From NCBI GenBank assembly GCA_036172245.1, contig JAYWIR010000050.1:1-64000 (forward strand): a DNA stretch of 64,000 bases, read 5' to 3'. The notes under the pieces are model-generated. The model ran no database searches. It was not told where the DNA came from and worked only from the letters and a program-made list of their open reading frames with translations. Of this stretch, positions 35,501 through 48,820 are shown piece after piece. Source of the DNA: Raillietiella orientalis. Taxonomy: Eukaryota. Within the stretch, counting starts at the first letter, position 1; each line of letters starts with the position of its first letter. A program made the translations under genes and the position numbers.

Positions 35501-38199
35501 AGGGGAAGTCGGCGTGCTGGAGAAGACAAATCTGGCAACAGATATCTTCTGCATCCAGTACGACGGTCAAGAGCGACAGTCGTCTGAGGACATCGTGGAA
35601 GCCTTTCACAGGCATTACACGAAACACGTCAGGCGACAACACCTCTGTCGATCTAGTCAACAGGCCTTTCAGAGCTATCTCGAGAAGAGGACCGACGACT
35701 TCCAGCGGAACAGACTGGAGGAGGAGTTCTCCGAAGACAAGTGAAGACTGCGTTTGGTCAACTACGCAAGGATGTGGCAGCGGGCCCTGACAGTGTACCC
35801 ATCAGGCACTATCAGCGGTGCCTGCAGGCCTACTTGCGCTTGTTCCACCAGTTGACCCTCTGCATCCGTGAAGAAGGCAGACTACTTGGGTCCTTTTACG
35901 AGAGTAGGATGAGATTGTTGCCAAAAGGAGGCGATCTAACGCAGGTCGCTCAATAGGGGCCAATCTCGATCCTCAACTCCGATGCCAAGTGGTTTTCGAA
36001 GATCTGGTCCAACCGCTTAGGCAGGGTCATGTGGAAGCTCATTTCTCCGGTCCAAACGTGTGCAGTCCCTGGACGTCACATGTCGGACAATGTCAAGTGT
36101 GCCCAGGCCACTGTTGGATTCAGCCGATACGTCGGAGAGAACCTGGCGCTGGTGTTCACTGACATGGAGAAGGGTTTCGACTCCATCGACCACGGGATGC
36201 TGCTGAAGGTTCTGGAAAAGCTAGGCCTTCCGGAACACTCGAGCAACTTTGTGAGGGTGTTACTTGAGAACCAGTACTGCCGGATCAAGTTAAGCAGCCA
36301 GGAGACGGCAGCAATCAGGATGGAACGAGTAGTCCGACAGGGCGACTCGCTAAGTCCGATGCTGTTCGTCATCTATATGGGGGCATTGTCGTCCTTTATC
36401 GAGAAGAGCGGAAGACTGAATGGAATAATCATTGATGGCCAGCGTCTTACCCATCTGGCATACGCTAATGATCTTCTCTATTTCATCAAGGGAGTGAGAA
36501 ACCAACGAGCGTTTCTGGATGTGGTAGACCTGATGGATCAAGGCCTGGGTCTAAAGATCGACGCCCAGAAGAGCCAGATTTTGCCCGTCGTAATCCTGAA
36601 CCTCTTCACTCTCACAGGGAGTGGATTCCGTTCGGTGGACACTGCCAAATACCTGGGAGTCTACATCGGCGACGACTCTGCGTTGAAGCTGCTGTGGTCC
36701 GAAATCCTGTGCAAAACGTGCAAGGAAGCAGCGAAGTACACTCGACTGGATTTGAACATGAAGCGGAGTGCCAACCTATAAAACAAGGTACTTCTTCCAA
36801 AAGTACTCTTCGGGGCGGTCTTCGCTAGAATGAAAAAAGAAACCACGAGAGAAGTTGCGAAGCTGCAGCGCAAAACATTGTAAGGCCACTATTGCCCAAG
36901 AGTTCGTCTAAAACTCCAGTGTCGCCCCAGGAAAGAGGGCGGTTGCGGAATGAAATCGCCTGCACATTCCATGGAAATCATGGATACGCGACACATCCTG
37001 GACATTGCCACTCACTGGGATGACTGCCCGTATGCGGCGCACAGAGCCTACGCGTTGTTGCTGAACAACTCGAAAGGCCTGATGACTGCGCTGCTAGGCC
37101 GAGCAGGGAAATGGATAAAAATCGACCCAACCTGGAGAAGGAAGCAACGGCTGGTGCGAAAGAACATAATCAAAATCGTGCCGAGAAGTAGGGAACTCTG
37201 GCAGGACGAGTCCATCCTGGTGATCCCTTGGATGCTTCCTGTCCCGCCGGACACGAGAAGCTGGATCCACCAGCTGTCCAGAGTTACCCTACAACGATTC
37301 CAGGATTGGAAACGAGGAGGGTACCTACATCACCCTCGTATACTTAGGTATATAGAGATTATCTTAGGAAGGTTTACCCACATGGCTTGCAAGGTGTGGA
37401 TCAACCACAACGACTTTGCGTGGTCCAGGGTAACCAGAACAAACCTCCGAAGACTAATTCAAGAAGAACACAGTGATATTAGTGCCCTCCAGGAAGCCGC
37501 CGATCGCTACGGAAGTGACCGGGTCAACCTGTTAGCGATTGGCACGATGCTCTGGAGGGGTGACCTTCCGCCGGGCACCCAGGATGACCTCCTGATGTTT
37601 TATCATGGAGGAATCTAGAGTGGGTCCCGATTGCAGTACTATATTGGAAGACGGGAATATTGAGACTGCACGGCATGTGGAGACAACGACACGAGACTTC
37701 ACGTCTTGACGTGTCCCACATTGCTGCATGACTGGCTGATCCTGAAAAGGATCATCGGACTTACGAACAGATCCGTAATGGAGATCCTCGCCGGGATGTT
37801 TCAGGGGGATGGTAATGTTCCCTGTAACAATCTCATGGTGAGGACGACCATCGCCCTCTTCATCACCGCCGTACTTGTGCGGTGGTGAAAAATGAGGAGA
37901 GCCAGAAGAGCCACACCACCGATGGACATCCTACGAGGGCTCCTTAAGAGGGAAATCGGCGTTAGAAACTGTGGAAAAATCCAAGCCTGGACGTTCCGAT
38001 TCATCCTGAAGAGGATAGAAGACGACGCTCGAGACCAAACAGCAGGAAACCCACCATGAGTGCAGAACCTGTGAACCCATGGACTTCAGATCGGTAAAGA
38101 CAGTGCAAATGGTATGAATAAGACTGTAGAGTGATTGTTTTTGTAGAAAAATTTTTGAAAAATAAATTTATCCCACCCCTTGTGGGACTTGGGGAAACC
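32561..38199 (+). mobile_element. Family L copy 2, head-to-tail with copy 1 and more decayed
   Basis: Colinear with 26952-32561; ORF1 to 34528, ORF2 from 34542 with stops and frameshifts; same terminal motif at 38161-38199. Confidence 0.94.
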
Positions 38200-39480
38200 T
38201 GTCTTGTTGGAGAGGACGCAGCTGGTTGCTGCGTGTTTTGAGGCGACGCAACGCTGCTTTCGTTGGCTTTTTTCGACGGACCTGCAGACGCCTTCGAGAG
38301 GTTTCCGAGTGAAGCCTCCGAAATGGACAGAGCCCTCAAGGAGACGGTTACCACGCAATTCTCTCCCACGTATCCTTCTTTCGCCTTGTCGCACGGAGCG
38401 ACTGGTTTAACTGATTCCATTTCGCGAGTAGCGTTTCCTCGATCAGCTACTGGGACAGTAACGGTACGCGCGGAGCCCTCTCGCCCTTTTTTAAATGGCT
38501 TCTTTACCGCGCGATTGCTCTTTTTGGGCTTTGATGCTGAGGGAGCCAACTTTGAGACCGCGTTCGGGCCTTTTTTATCTTCGGCCTTTCGCGAGCCTCC
38601 CTGTTTTTTTTTTTTTGAGGATGCTGTTTCCTCCTCTGCGAACTCTTTGGCACGCCGAAGTCTATCAGCCTCCTTTTTTTTTCTTTATGTCCGGGCACTT
38701 TCTAATTTAGTGCCCGGACTCCTTACAGTAGCGGCACTTCGGGGAAGGGCATTCTTTACCTCGATGCCCTTCTTTGCCGCATTGCTCGCACGCGCAAGTT
38801 TTGCCAACGAACCACAGGTGAACGACCGTGCCGTTGACCTGTAACGTGGCAGACAGCGTGCGGCGGTTAGGAACGGTTACCCTAACCGCAGCAAATTCTG
38901 TGTGTACGGAAGGGAATTTCCTGTAGGAACTCTCCTTCCTCCACAACGTATGAACGGTTGCGAATTTCGCCAACCCGTCCATCAACTGTTTGTCGTTGAT
39001 CTCCGGCTCCACGGCCGAGAGAACAACGACAAAGGACTCGTCCATCGCGGAAGGAAAAACTTTCTTTCCGCGGAAGGACAAAGGAGTGCGGAGGAGCCTC
39101 TGCACAAGTGCAGCCTGCTTGCATCGGACCTTCACATAGCCCAATGCTGGAACAGGCATGAGTGCTATGAGGTCCTCTTCTCGCAATTCCACACGGTAGA
39201 GTTCGTCCGCGAACTACTCCATAGCCTTACCTACCCCACATACGTTATAGCGGAGAGCATGCTTGTAGCCCTGGGCTACATAGGCTTGCATCTCCGCCTA
39301 GTCGGGGAGGCATCCTTGTACGGCTGCAGAAGCAGCCACGTCCGCAAAGCTCCTGGCCGGTGGCGCGGGGCTCGCACACGTTGTCGCTATCACTCTAGCT
39401 GCGGGAAGTTCCTGAACCACAGGCTCGAGGTCCTCCACGTTGCGTTGTTCACTGCTCATCCTTAGATATGTGCAGTGGGA
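38200..39480 (-). mobile_element. Family H ORF1 (N-terminal region and knuckles), decayed
   Basis: ARSFADVAAS, HLWFVGK, CEQCGKEGHRGKEC, CRYCKESGH; homologous to the A and G ORF1. Confidence 0.8.
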
Positions 39481-39544
39481 TTCACAAACACAGCCAAACA
39501 GCGGAACCACGGAGCGACACGAAATCATGTCCGACTCGTATGTA

Positions 39545-40600
39545 GGCGACCGTTGAAATCGCCTGCAAGGAGATGGGCATTCCGCACGCCTGCTTCGGTC
39601 AGCCAGTCGCGCCGGAGTGCAAGGAAAAACTCTTTCCTCGATCTCCTGTTCATCAGGTCCGCGCCGCTTGGTGCGTACACGTTCGTGACGATCAGACCGA
39701 TCGAGTCGGACCACCTGAGAGTAGGTTGGGCGACACAACCGTGATCGTGGAACCGCATGCCCCGAGCCGCGGTCTCTACGGCTGGCCGAAGCAGGTAGGC
39801 AACACCGCAACTTTCAGGTCTCCCACACCTGTACCCTATCCGCCCCCTGGAGATCCGTTCGATCTCTTGCGCTTGTTCTGCAGAGATCACGTGGATCTCC
39901 TGCAGCAGCGCAAGGTCGTAGGAATCCAGAAGGGCGGCCATGTTTAGTCTCCTGCCGGCGTCTGTCATGCCGTTCACGTTCCAAACGGCGATACGCAGAC
40001 GACGGCGGGATGAGATTCCCGGCATTACTGCTGGGAAGATTAAGGTGTGGGGGAGCCCGACTCTTGCGAGGCGGGAGGGATGTCCATGGTGGTTTCGGCC
40101 TTCTCAGACACCCGAGGCACCTGTTCGGCCTCCACCCCTTCCATCCCCTCCATGTCCGCGCGTGGGAGTCTCTCGGGCGACGGGTCCCGCGAGTTTCCCA
40201 CGCTCATGGCACCCTCGCTTGCGGAAGCCATCTCTTCACCTTCGACGGGAGAGACGAGCTTCCTCGGCTTTGTGGACTTACGTCCAGCCTTCTTGCGGGG
40301 TACCGTGTAAACGGACGCTGCGCTTCCGGCCTCCACATCGGGGTAGGAAGTGGGGGACTCCTGAGGGGAGGCCGGACGCATTACGGCCTTCTTTCCAGCC
40401 TTGGAGGGCGACCGATTCCGTGGGGTCGGATACCTTCACCTGCATCGCCTCTGGGGGAGGCGTTGCCGCCGCCTCCTGGCTCTCCATCGCCTCTGGGAGC
40501 AGCTTTGCCGCTGCCCTCTGGCCATCCCTGGTGGTCGCGTCAGGCATCGCTGCCTGATCGACCAATGAACCACACGACGCATCCACTGGAAGAGACTTCC
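39545..40600 (-). mobile_element. Family A copy with a large internal ORF1 deletion, retaining the start of EN
   Basis: ORF1 start MPDATTRDG is joined at ~40404 to the ORF1 C-terminus; EN 39545-40025. Confidence 0.85.
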
Positions 40601-40689
40601 CTAAGCATCTTAGCTTTGCGAAAGAAACAGTCCTCCCCCTCTTTCTTGTGCATTCGACCGCCTACTCAGCGGAGCGCTAGGTGGGACGT

Positions 40690-41900
40690 CTGATGAAGAA
40701 CGTCCTCTGTGGACCCGCTTGGTCCAGGTACCGTCTCAAGGATTGTTTGGCTTCGCGTCGAAATGGCAATTTAAGCATCCTGATGTCTCGATGATCGGTC
40801 AGCAGGTGCAGTTCCGCATGTTAGCTCTTTGTGCCAAACTTTGGCCGACCCCGTGGTGTGCTCCAGAGCGCCTGATACTGCGGTGCTGCACCGGCAGCAA
40901 TGGACTGATCATGTTGCTGCCACACATTGAACGAGCCACAAGGGGATTCGGTGCTCCCATGAAACCACTTGAGAACACCTTGGAAGACCCTCCTTGGATT
41001 TCCTGCCGCCCAGACAAATTGAACTACTGGCGGTAGGAAGCCTTATCGTCCTGGGCAACGCATCAGGAAGTGCTGCTGATCTCACTTCGTTGCGTGCATT
41101 TTCCCTAGTTTCTTCCAATGGAAGATGGAAGATGCGATTCGACACCACGTGAATTGGACTAACATGGCCCCACGTTCTTAGTCGCAACGTAGTCCACCCT
41201 GAGGGCAAAAGAGGACAGTTACCTACCAGAAAGGGGAAACTTCGTCTGCATGGCTGCAGGCGCAACTCGACCCAGGGACGGAGGGAGGACAGGCGAACTG
41301 GCAGACGCCGCCATGCCCCTCAACGTTCCTAAGGGACTACTTGGATGGAGCGAACATCGTAGTGTGCCCCCCGAACAAATTCTGATCCCCCTCTCGTGAG
41401 CCTAATCTTCAGTTCTGCTTCGGCCTTGGAAGCAGGACGTGCTCTTGCTGGTGCTTTGGGGCTTCCATTGCAAGCAGCGAGCAAACAGTGTTAACGGGAA
41501 AGTTGCGTCTGCGAACTGTGGAAAGTAAAAGGCCGTATAAACGCTCACGCACCTGCCCTTTGAAGGCAGTGTCCACCAAAGACTGGGGCAGAGGCTGCTC
41601 ATCAGCACTCGTTCGTCAAGGGGACACCGCAAGCACTCGAATGCGCTGCTTCTTCACGCTCGACGATTTGTCGTTAGGTGTGGTCGTGGAAACTTTGTCA
41701 TGCATCCGCGTAATCGACAGAGCCCGCTGACGGCTGCAGTCGGTGGCGATTTTACTAAAGCCCACCAGATGAGACCCTGAGGACATCACGTTGCCTGCCA
41801 GATGGATTTATCTTCTAGAAAACGCGAGAAAGGAGATCTTCGGCACACAGAACTCGTTTTGAAACAAACCTACGGTTAAAGCCAAAAACTCCTCTTTCTA
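40690..41900 (+). mobile_element. Decayed E/D-like ORF2 C-terminal region
   Basis: QVQFRMLALCAKLWPTPWCAP, ELADAA and WKQDVLLLV match family E. Confidence 0.75.
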
Positions 41901-43319
41901 ACCAAACTCACATTCTGGTTTAAACCTTTTTGAATATTTTTTTGTGATCTCCTACCTTCCGATCCCGACTTCAAGGCTCCACGACCAGTGTTTTGTATTT
42001 CCTTCCCTTCGTTTTTTCTGTATTCTTTGTCCGCGAACTTTGCAGACCTGCCGAGAACAATAGCCGGAAGGCATTTCTGCAACCGAAGCCTTTTGTGAAC
42101 TATGAAGAAGTAGCGAGGCGACTGAGTGGGCATGCAGACCATGCAGAACATTCCCAGGCATAACAGCCAAGGCAATTATGGCAAACGTTCGCCGGAACTC
42201 GAAAACAACGTGGCAAAACGTGAGTCATGCAGAAGGGAAGCGAAGTGCCCACGCGATTCACGACACCGCCATTGACCCGAAATTGCGGAAACTCTGGAAA
42301 AGTTCCATCCCCCTGGAATGAACTGGGGAACGGCGGGTCCATGGCAATCCCGTCTACCGCTTCCGACCTTCGATTCCACATTCACAAGGAGAACAAGGGA
42401 TTCGGTTTGGGGTACGCGGCCGAGATGAAGTAGCAGCCTACTGCGCCAACGTTTTGGGACGAAAGGAACAACCACTGAATTGGCGCTCCTTCTTGCAACA
42501 GTCGCTTTCATCGGAAGAGGGCACCCACGACGCCGTCCTCGCGGACCATCTCGGAAGACCTTCCTCTCCAAGTGCGTGACTGCAGTAACGGAAGACACAA
42601 ACATCCTCACCATGCTCGGGTTCGGGACGAGCGTTCCGCCTGAAACCTTCTGCATCGTGTCCCGCTGTTTCCTGGAGCCATCCATGGTCAAAAGGATTCC
42701 GAAGAGAGAAAGTAGGGGGTGGAAGCTTTCCTTCCTCCGCGCAAGTCTTTCAATTGCTGCGAGAGGTGCTGCCAGCTCACCGCCAACGAAGGCTATGCGA
42801 GATCTTTGAGCCACTTGAGTGCAAGTCGTTTCCCTGTGACTTCTCCCCGAGAGGTCGCAGCAAACCTCGGAGATCACCAGCGATTGTGCCGAAGACGAAA
42901 AAGATTCCTACTATTGCCTTTGCGATCCAAAAGCCTCGCATCAAGGGCACGGATAAAGGCGTGGCATGCGGCCGTTCACCTGGCACAGGAAAGTCGCGCC
43001 CGCTGGCATAGAACTCCGCGTCATCTCAACCCTCCGCGGTCAAGATGCCCCAGGCGCCTACTGCCACCAGCACACAGCCTGTAAACGCACATACCTCGCG
43101 CGCGAACGCAGCGCCCGCCGCGACCACAGAGGAAACTGTTAAGGCGGATTCGACAGCCTCAGCAGCATTCCAAACGACCGCAAAGGCTGTGCCTCTTACA
43201 CCCGCGGACGCAGCGTCATCTCCGGAGGGAGAACCTAACTGCCACGCGCAGGAAGATGCCTGGTCGGAGTAGAGAAGGAAGAAAATGCAACCATATAAGT
43301 CGTCACAGCTCCGCGTCAC

Positions 43320-45850
43320 GGTACTGGTGCCAGTACGAGAGCCGGTACGTCATCCGCAACGTCAAAGGGGAAATAGGCTTGCAGGAAAAAAACCATCTGG
43401 CGACCGATATCTTCGGCGTCCAGCACGGAGACCACCTAAGACAGACGTCGGTAGAAAAAATGGAGGCGTTGCACCTCCCTCTTTGGACGTCGAGATCTGT
43501 TCAGTGGTGAGCAAGAGGCTTTCCTACGACACCTACAGAAAAGACTTACCAGACAACAGAAGGAAAGACTAGAAGAGGAAATTACGATAGAAGAAGTCAG
43601 GCAGGCATTCGGAGGACTCCGCAAGGATGTGGCTGCAGGCTCTGATTCCGTGCCCATCTCCTACTATCAGCAGTACGTGCACCTGCGGCTCCTTCGCGAG
43701 CCGGTGATTCCCATTCAGTAAGAACGAAGGATACCCGAGTCGTGATACTAGAGCAGGATGAGGCTGGTAAATGGAGGAGATCTGACCAAGGTCACCCAAT
43801 GGCGACCCATCTTCATCATGAACACGGACGCCAAGTGGCTGGCAAAGATCTGGGCCAACAGCTTGAGCAAGACGCCCTCATCGGTCATCTCTCGAATGCA
43901 GACTTGGGCGATGCCCGGACGCAGAATGTCTGACAACGTGAAGTGTGCTCAGGCCACCATAGGTTACAGTCGCTACGTCGCCGACAACCTGGTGCTGGGC
44001 TGCATGGATATGGAGAAGGCGTTTGACATCGTGGACCATAGGATGCTTCTTCTGAAGATTTTGAGGAAAGTGGGCTTACCGGGATACTTCGGCGGATACA
44101 TGGAGAAGAATCTCGAAGGACACTACTGTAGGATAACCATCAACGTGCAAGACACGTCTGTCTTCAGGATGGAGAGGGATATCCGCCAAGGAGACGCTTT
44201 TAGTTCGATACTGTTCCTGGTGTCCATAAACACAGTGTAGTACTGGTGCACTGTGGTGGCCGTTTTTCAGTACTTTGACTAGGCGAAGACAGACTGATGG
44301 ACCTGGTGCATGCCGACGATCTCCTTTTCTTCCTAAATGGAGAGAGGCAACAGTAAACGGTCCTCGATGCTGCTCAAGTCCATGGAAAGAGGTCTGTGCT
44401 TGAAGATCAACGCTCACAAATCGCAGCAATTGCCCATCGGAATTCTGGACCTTTCCACCTTAACGGAGACAAAATTGTGAGTGGTGGACGACATCACGTA
44501 CCCGGAATCCACATTGATGCCGCCTCGGCTTTGCAACCCACGTGGAAATAAATCTTGGGGTAAACAAGAGAGGCGGCTGCAAACTACGTCCCACCCGACC
44601 TTTGTCTGAAGCAGAGGACAAGCCTTTGGAAATGTATCCTCCTTCCCAAGGTTCTCTTCAGGGAGGCCTTATGCCGACTGGACGAAGCAATGAGCGAGGA
44701 GTGGAACCGCAGCAAAAAATACTTTGGAGAGAGTTTAAGCCGCAGGTAAGGCAAAAACTGCTGTAACGACCGCGAGACAAGTGCGGGACCGGGATGAAAT
44801 CGCTCGAGCGATACGTGGATCTGCAGGACGTGTGATAAATCCTAAATCTGGCCACTTAATGGGACAAGTGTAAGTGTGCGGTACAGCAGGGAGCCCAATC
44901 GCAGTTGCAAAGCAATTCGGGAGGTCTGAGATCTGTCAATATTAGGAAAAGATGCACAGGAGGGGAACATCGATTCCACATGAGAACGCGAACAGGCACT
45001 GGTGAACACCCACGGTCTCAAAATGGTGCCTAGAAGTAAAAACATATGAAGAGACCAACTGATGAATATTATCCCATGCTTCCCGCGCGTCCTTCGGGAC
45101 ACCCGATAGTGGTTGTTGGACAGGCCAAAGCTGACCATGAAGGACTGCGTACAGTTTGAGACCAATGACGATCGCAGGAAAATGCGACTGTGACGCCTCA
45201 TTAAGAAAATAATGAGAAGATTTACTTACAATATCCAAAACTCTAAAGGAATCAGGAATCCAAATGATGACGCCTGATCCTTAGAGGAAATATCCGAGAT
45301 GCAATAAAGAAGAATCCAGACGACCACGTCTCTCTATCTGTGGCGGTCAGCCGCTACGCGTGCAGGGAGGTGAACCTTCTTTCGGCTGGAACCACATTCT
45401 GAACAAGCGATTTGACACCAATCACCCAAGATGATCTCCTGATGTTTTATCACGAAGGCATCCTGAGGTGCACGAGGACAAGGCACTGGTCAGGGAAGGC
45501 GCAAGACGAGCTATGCTAGACCGGTTGAGCCAGGGAAACCCAACTATACATCATCACTTGCTAGACGCCGCTCCAGGACTGGGCGAAGCGGAAGGAGGTG
45601 ACAGGCCTGCAGAGGATATACAACATGGAGATCTTGGCAGGGAAGTTTAAAGGGAACAGCGCTGTTTTACGATACAACCCAATGGTCCGAATCACCGTCG
45701 TCCTCTTTATAACGAGCATCGTTGTGGGAAGAGCAAAAATGAGGATCCTAATGTGCGCCAGCTGTGGAAATACTGAAAGGTCCATTTAAGAAGGAAATAG
45801 CCATAGGAAGTTGTGCAGCACTTTGACGTTCTCTTACACCCTGCGAAGGA
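43320..45850 (+). mobile_element. Old L-related element, ORF2 fragment (linker, RT, C-terminus)
   Basis: QYESRYVIRNVKGEIG, QWRPIFIMNTDAKWL, DMEKAFD, RQGD, ADDL, QDDLLMFYH, YNPMVR. Confidence 0.85.
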
Positions 45851-46499
45851 TTAAGAAACATAGTTTAGTGAGTGAATTCTTCACGCAATCTTAATGACCT
45901 GATGCCCGAAGACTAATCTTGAAAGTGAGATCTTAGAACTAGTGACCATACAGAACACTTCCATAAAAAGATGTTGAAAATTGATTTACCACACTGCATG
46001 TCGGAAAGGGGAAAAACGAGGAGGTCGGAGGGCTGCTGACTGCCTGAAGCGTGCTCGATCCTGGAGGCTAGTGGTCATTGCCGGCTTTTGCTGTCACATG
46101 CATACATTCTTTGGTATTTATGACTTGAAACGTCAAGGAGCGGCTCATGGCCTGCGAACCGTTCCTTACGTGAACGAGTCCGCTTGTTCGGAATGTCACT
46201 TCAGATCGCTATGAGTCCGAACGCTGCTCCTCGTTGTCAGGAAAGCAGCTCTGAGGGACTCCTGAGGACTTTTCCGCAGTTAGCACGCTCCCTTCCAGGA
46301 AATCCGTGAGGCACCCATTTATCCGCATGTATGCTGCACGTGGAGATTCGAACCCAAAACGCTTCGTGGCATAACGGATTTTGCGGTTACGCGGCCGGCT
46401 GCCTGTGTTTCCCTGTTCTTCACTCAGATGGTCGTCGTAGGTGCCGTCGTAGAGTGCGATCACATCCGCGACGGAGTCCCTAAAGGTCATGGCGGATAT

Positions 46500-48560
46500 A
46501 AGGCCCTCTGTTTCAATATACATCTTGATGTTTTTCAGTTCCACTTGGCTTCCACCCGAGGCTCCTCAAAGAGCGCGCAGAAAGCGCCTCCTGGGAGTCG
46601 GGCGTCTACGGGAGCTGCTCCCATTCCTTCGCCTACTTTGACCATGGCGACGCGGGAAGGGAGCTTCCGGAAGGTCATCCCTTGACGGCCGCTCATGCTG
46701 CACTCCGTTTTCCCTGCGGTGTGACGCACCGCCAGTAGCAGTTCTCCCGTTACTACGGTGCTGCCCTTTTCATTTCGCGTGCACCGTGGTCTCTTCAACT
46801 TCTGCTTGCTCTGCCGTTGCGCCGGGCTGCCCTGCTTTTTCCCCGCGAGATTTGGTGGCCGTTCGGGGTCGTTCCGCGTGTTTCTCCGCCGCTTTTCTGT
46901 CGCGCAATCCTCGGCACGCACACCGCAGGAGAGCACGGTGACCCCTTCTGAGAATTTTGTTCCGCTTCCTGCGGGATTCCTTCCGAGCGTCCTTTGCAGT
47001 TTTCGGGGCGTTCTTTATTTTTTCCGCAATCTCTTTACCGCGTTTCACTTTTATGGCGGCACTTTTGCTAGCAAGTTCAGGACACTTCCTCAAGTCTTTT
47101 CCGGACATCTTGCAATATCGGCATTAACCAGGGGGGAATTTTTCGTTGCGATGCTCCTCTTCACCGCAATGCTTGCAAGCGCTCTCCTTTTCTGCGTACC
47201 ACGGGTGAATGACCGCATCGTTCACCCTTAGACTCGCAAATAGCGATAGGCGGTTCGCCATGGTGACCCGCGGCGATTCTGCTGTGTAGAGACCGAAAGT
47301 CCTTGAAGGTGCCCTCAACCCTCCACAGAGCATGGAAGGTGACGAACTTTGCTAACGCCTTTCTTGGGCCGCGGTCTGAGAAGTCCGACTCTAGGTCTCA
47401 CATCTTTACAACGAAAGGATCATCCATGGGTTCGAGAAAACCTTCTTGCCACGGATGGACACTGTGGTGCGAAGCAAGCGCTGCACCAGTGCCGCGTCAT
47501 TGCATCGCAAATTGAAGTATCCTAAGCCCTCAACAAGCAGTATTGCGAAAAGGTTGTCTTCCCGCTAGCGTATGCGGATGAATTCGTCGTTGACTTGACC
47601 CCCGTCGAGAGCAGAAAGAAACATAGTCACCTAATAACGGAGTGCGAAGTGGTAGCCTTGCCTTCGTAAACATGCAACTCTGATTCAACAAGGGGTCCCT
47701 CTTTGACAGCTGTGGCCGCAGCGAAGTCAGCAAAACTTCTCGCCGTTGACCAGGAAGACAAAATGGAAGCAACCGTGCGTTCCACTGCTCGTTGAAATCC
47801 TTGGAAATCAGGTTCGCCTTGAGCCCGCCCGCTTCGATCTTGCATTTGCGTCTCAGACAAGAAATAATCTTTTCTTGCCTATTGGTTTAAGGCGCTACTG
47901 CCGCCTGGAGGGTATAAGTTAGTGACGAGCAGGTCGAGGGAGTCGGACTAACTGAAGGTCAGCTGGCCGACGCGACCGACACCATCGAACTGCCCGCCCT
48001 TTGCCGCGGCCTCGATTCCTGGCCGAAGCACGAAGGCGACGCCACAAGCTTTGACGTTACCACAACGAAAGAGCAGCCATCGAACCGTGTGTGGCTCGAT
48101 CTCCCGTGCTTGGTCTGCAGAGACCATGTGGATTCCCGTCATGAAAAACTGCTAGGGTAGCGGCCACGTCTCGTCTGCTGCTGTCGTCGCTCAGCCCGTT
48201 CACCTACCAGCAAGCGATCCGCATCCGACGGTGGTATGCGCTTTCCGGCATTAAGGCTTGTAAAGTAGCACTTGAACACCTGGCAAGGTGCAGGTGGGCG
48301 AGATGTCCACGGAGACGATGGCCTCCTCGGGTCCCTGAGGCACCTGAGACACGGTCTCTCTACCACCTTCAACGCTTCCATGCTTGAGCGTGGGATTTTC
48401 TCGGGCTACGGTTTCCGGAAGTTCCTTAGACTCATCGCACTATCGATTCCGGAGATCATTTCCTTCTCTTCCAGTGGGAGCATGATCCTCCGGGGAGCCT
48501 TGAACTTGCGTGTAGTCTTCCGGCAGGGTGTCGCGTCGACGGGAGGTCTCTCTCCCGCTT
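46500..48560 (-). mobile_element. Highly decayed ORF1 (46.5-47.8 kb) and ORF1-tail/EN-start fragments (47.9-48.5 kb)
   Basis: ARSFADFAA, HPWYAEK..CKHCGEEEH; IHMVSADQAREIE..RCGNVKACGVAFVLRP. Confidence 0.65.
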
Positions 48561-48820
48561 CCTCATCGCAGTATCAGATCACCGAGAATACAATGGAAGA
48601 TGAACACCTCAGGAATGTTTTCGTTACCTTGGGAGGTTTCTGCAGAGAGGCAGGAAGCTCCTCGCCAGTTCACTCGTTAGCGACGCCATTGAGCGCGGGC
48701 TCGGTGACGCACATTAAAAGCACCGTACTTCTCATTTTTTGTCGCCGAGAGCGGGTACTCATAGCATACTTCCAGCCTCTGGTATCCCAATCCTCAAAGA
48801 TGTCCTTGTTTCTGCGAATC

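Noticed and set aside
26915..38230. The L tandem as one insertion splitting a single ORF1 (family H joined to family D)
   Set aside because: No convincing target-site duplication, and the two ORF1 pieces seem to overlap in homologous position.
37..40410. A single CAAG(G) target consensus for all junctions
   Set aside because: Present near the junctions at 37, 1876, 3966, 15020 and 40404 but absent at 6561, 17100, 21549 and 25469.
42000..43310. Possible host gene (233-aa and 75-aa ORFs)
   Set aside because: No recognisable domain; low-complexity and Cys/His remnants suggest decayed ORF1, but too weakly to annotate.
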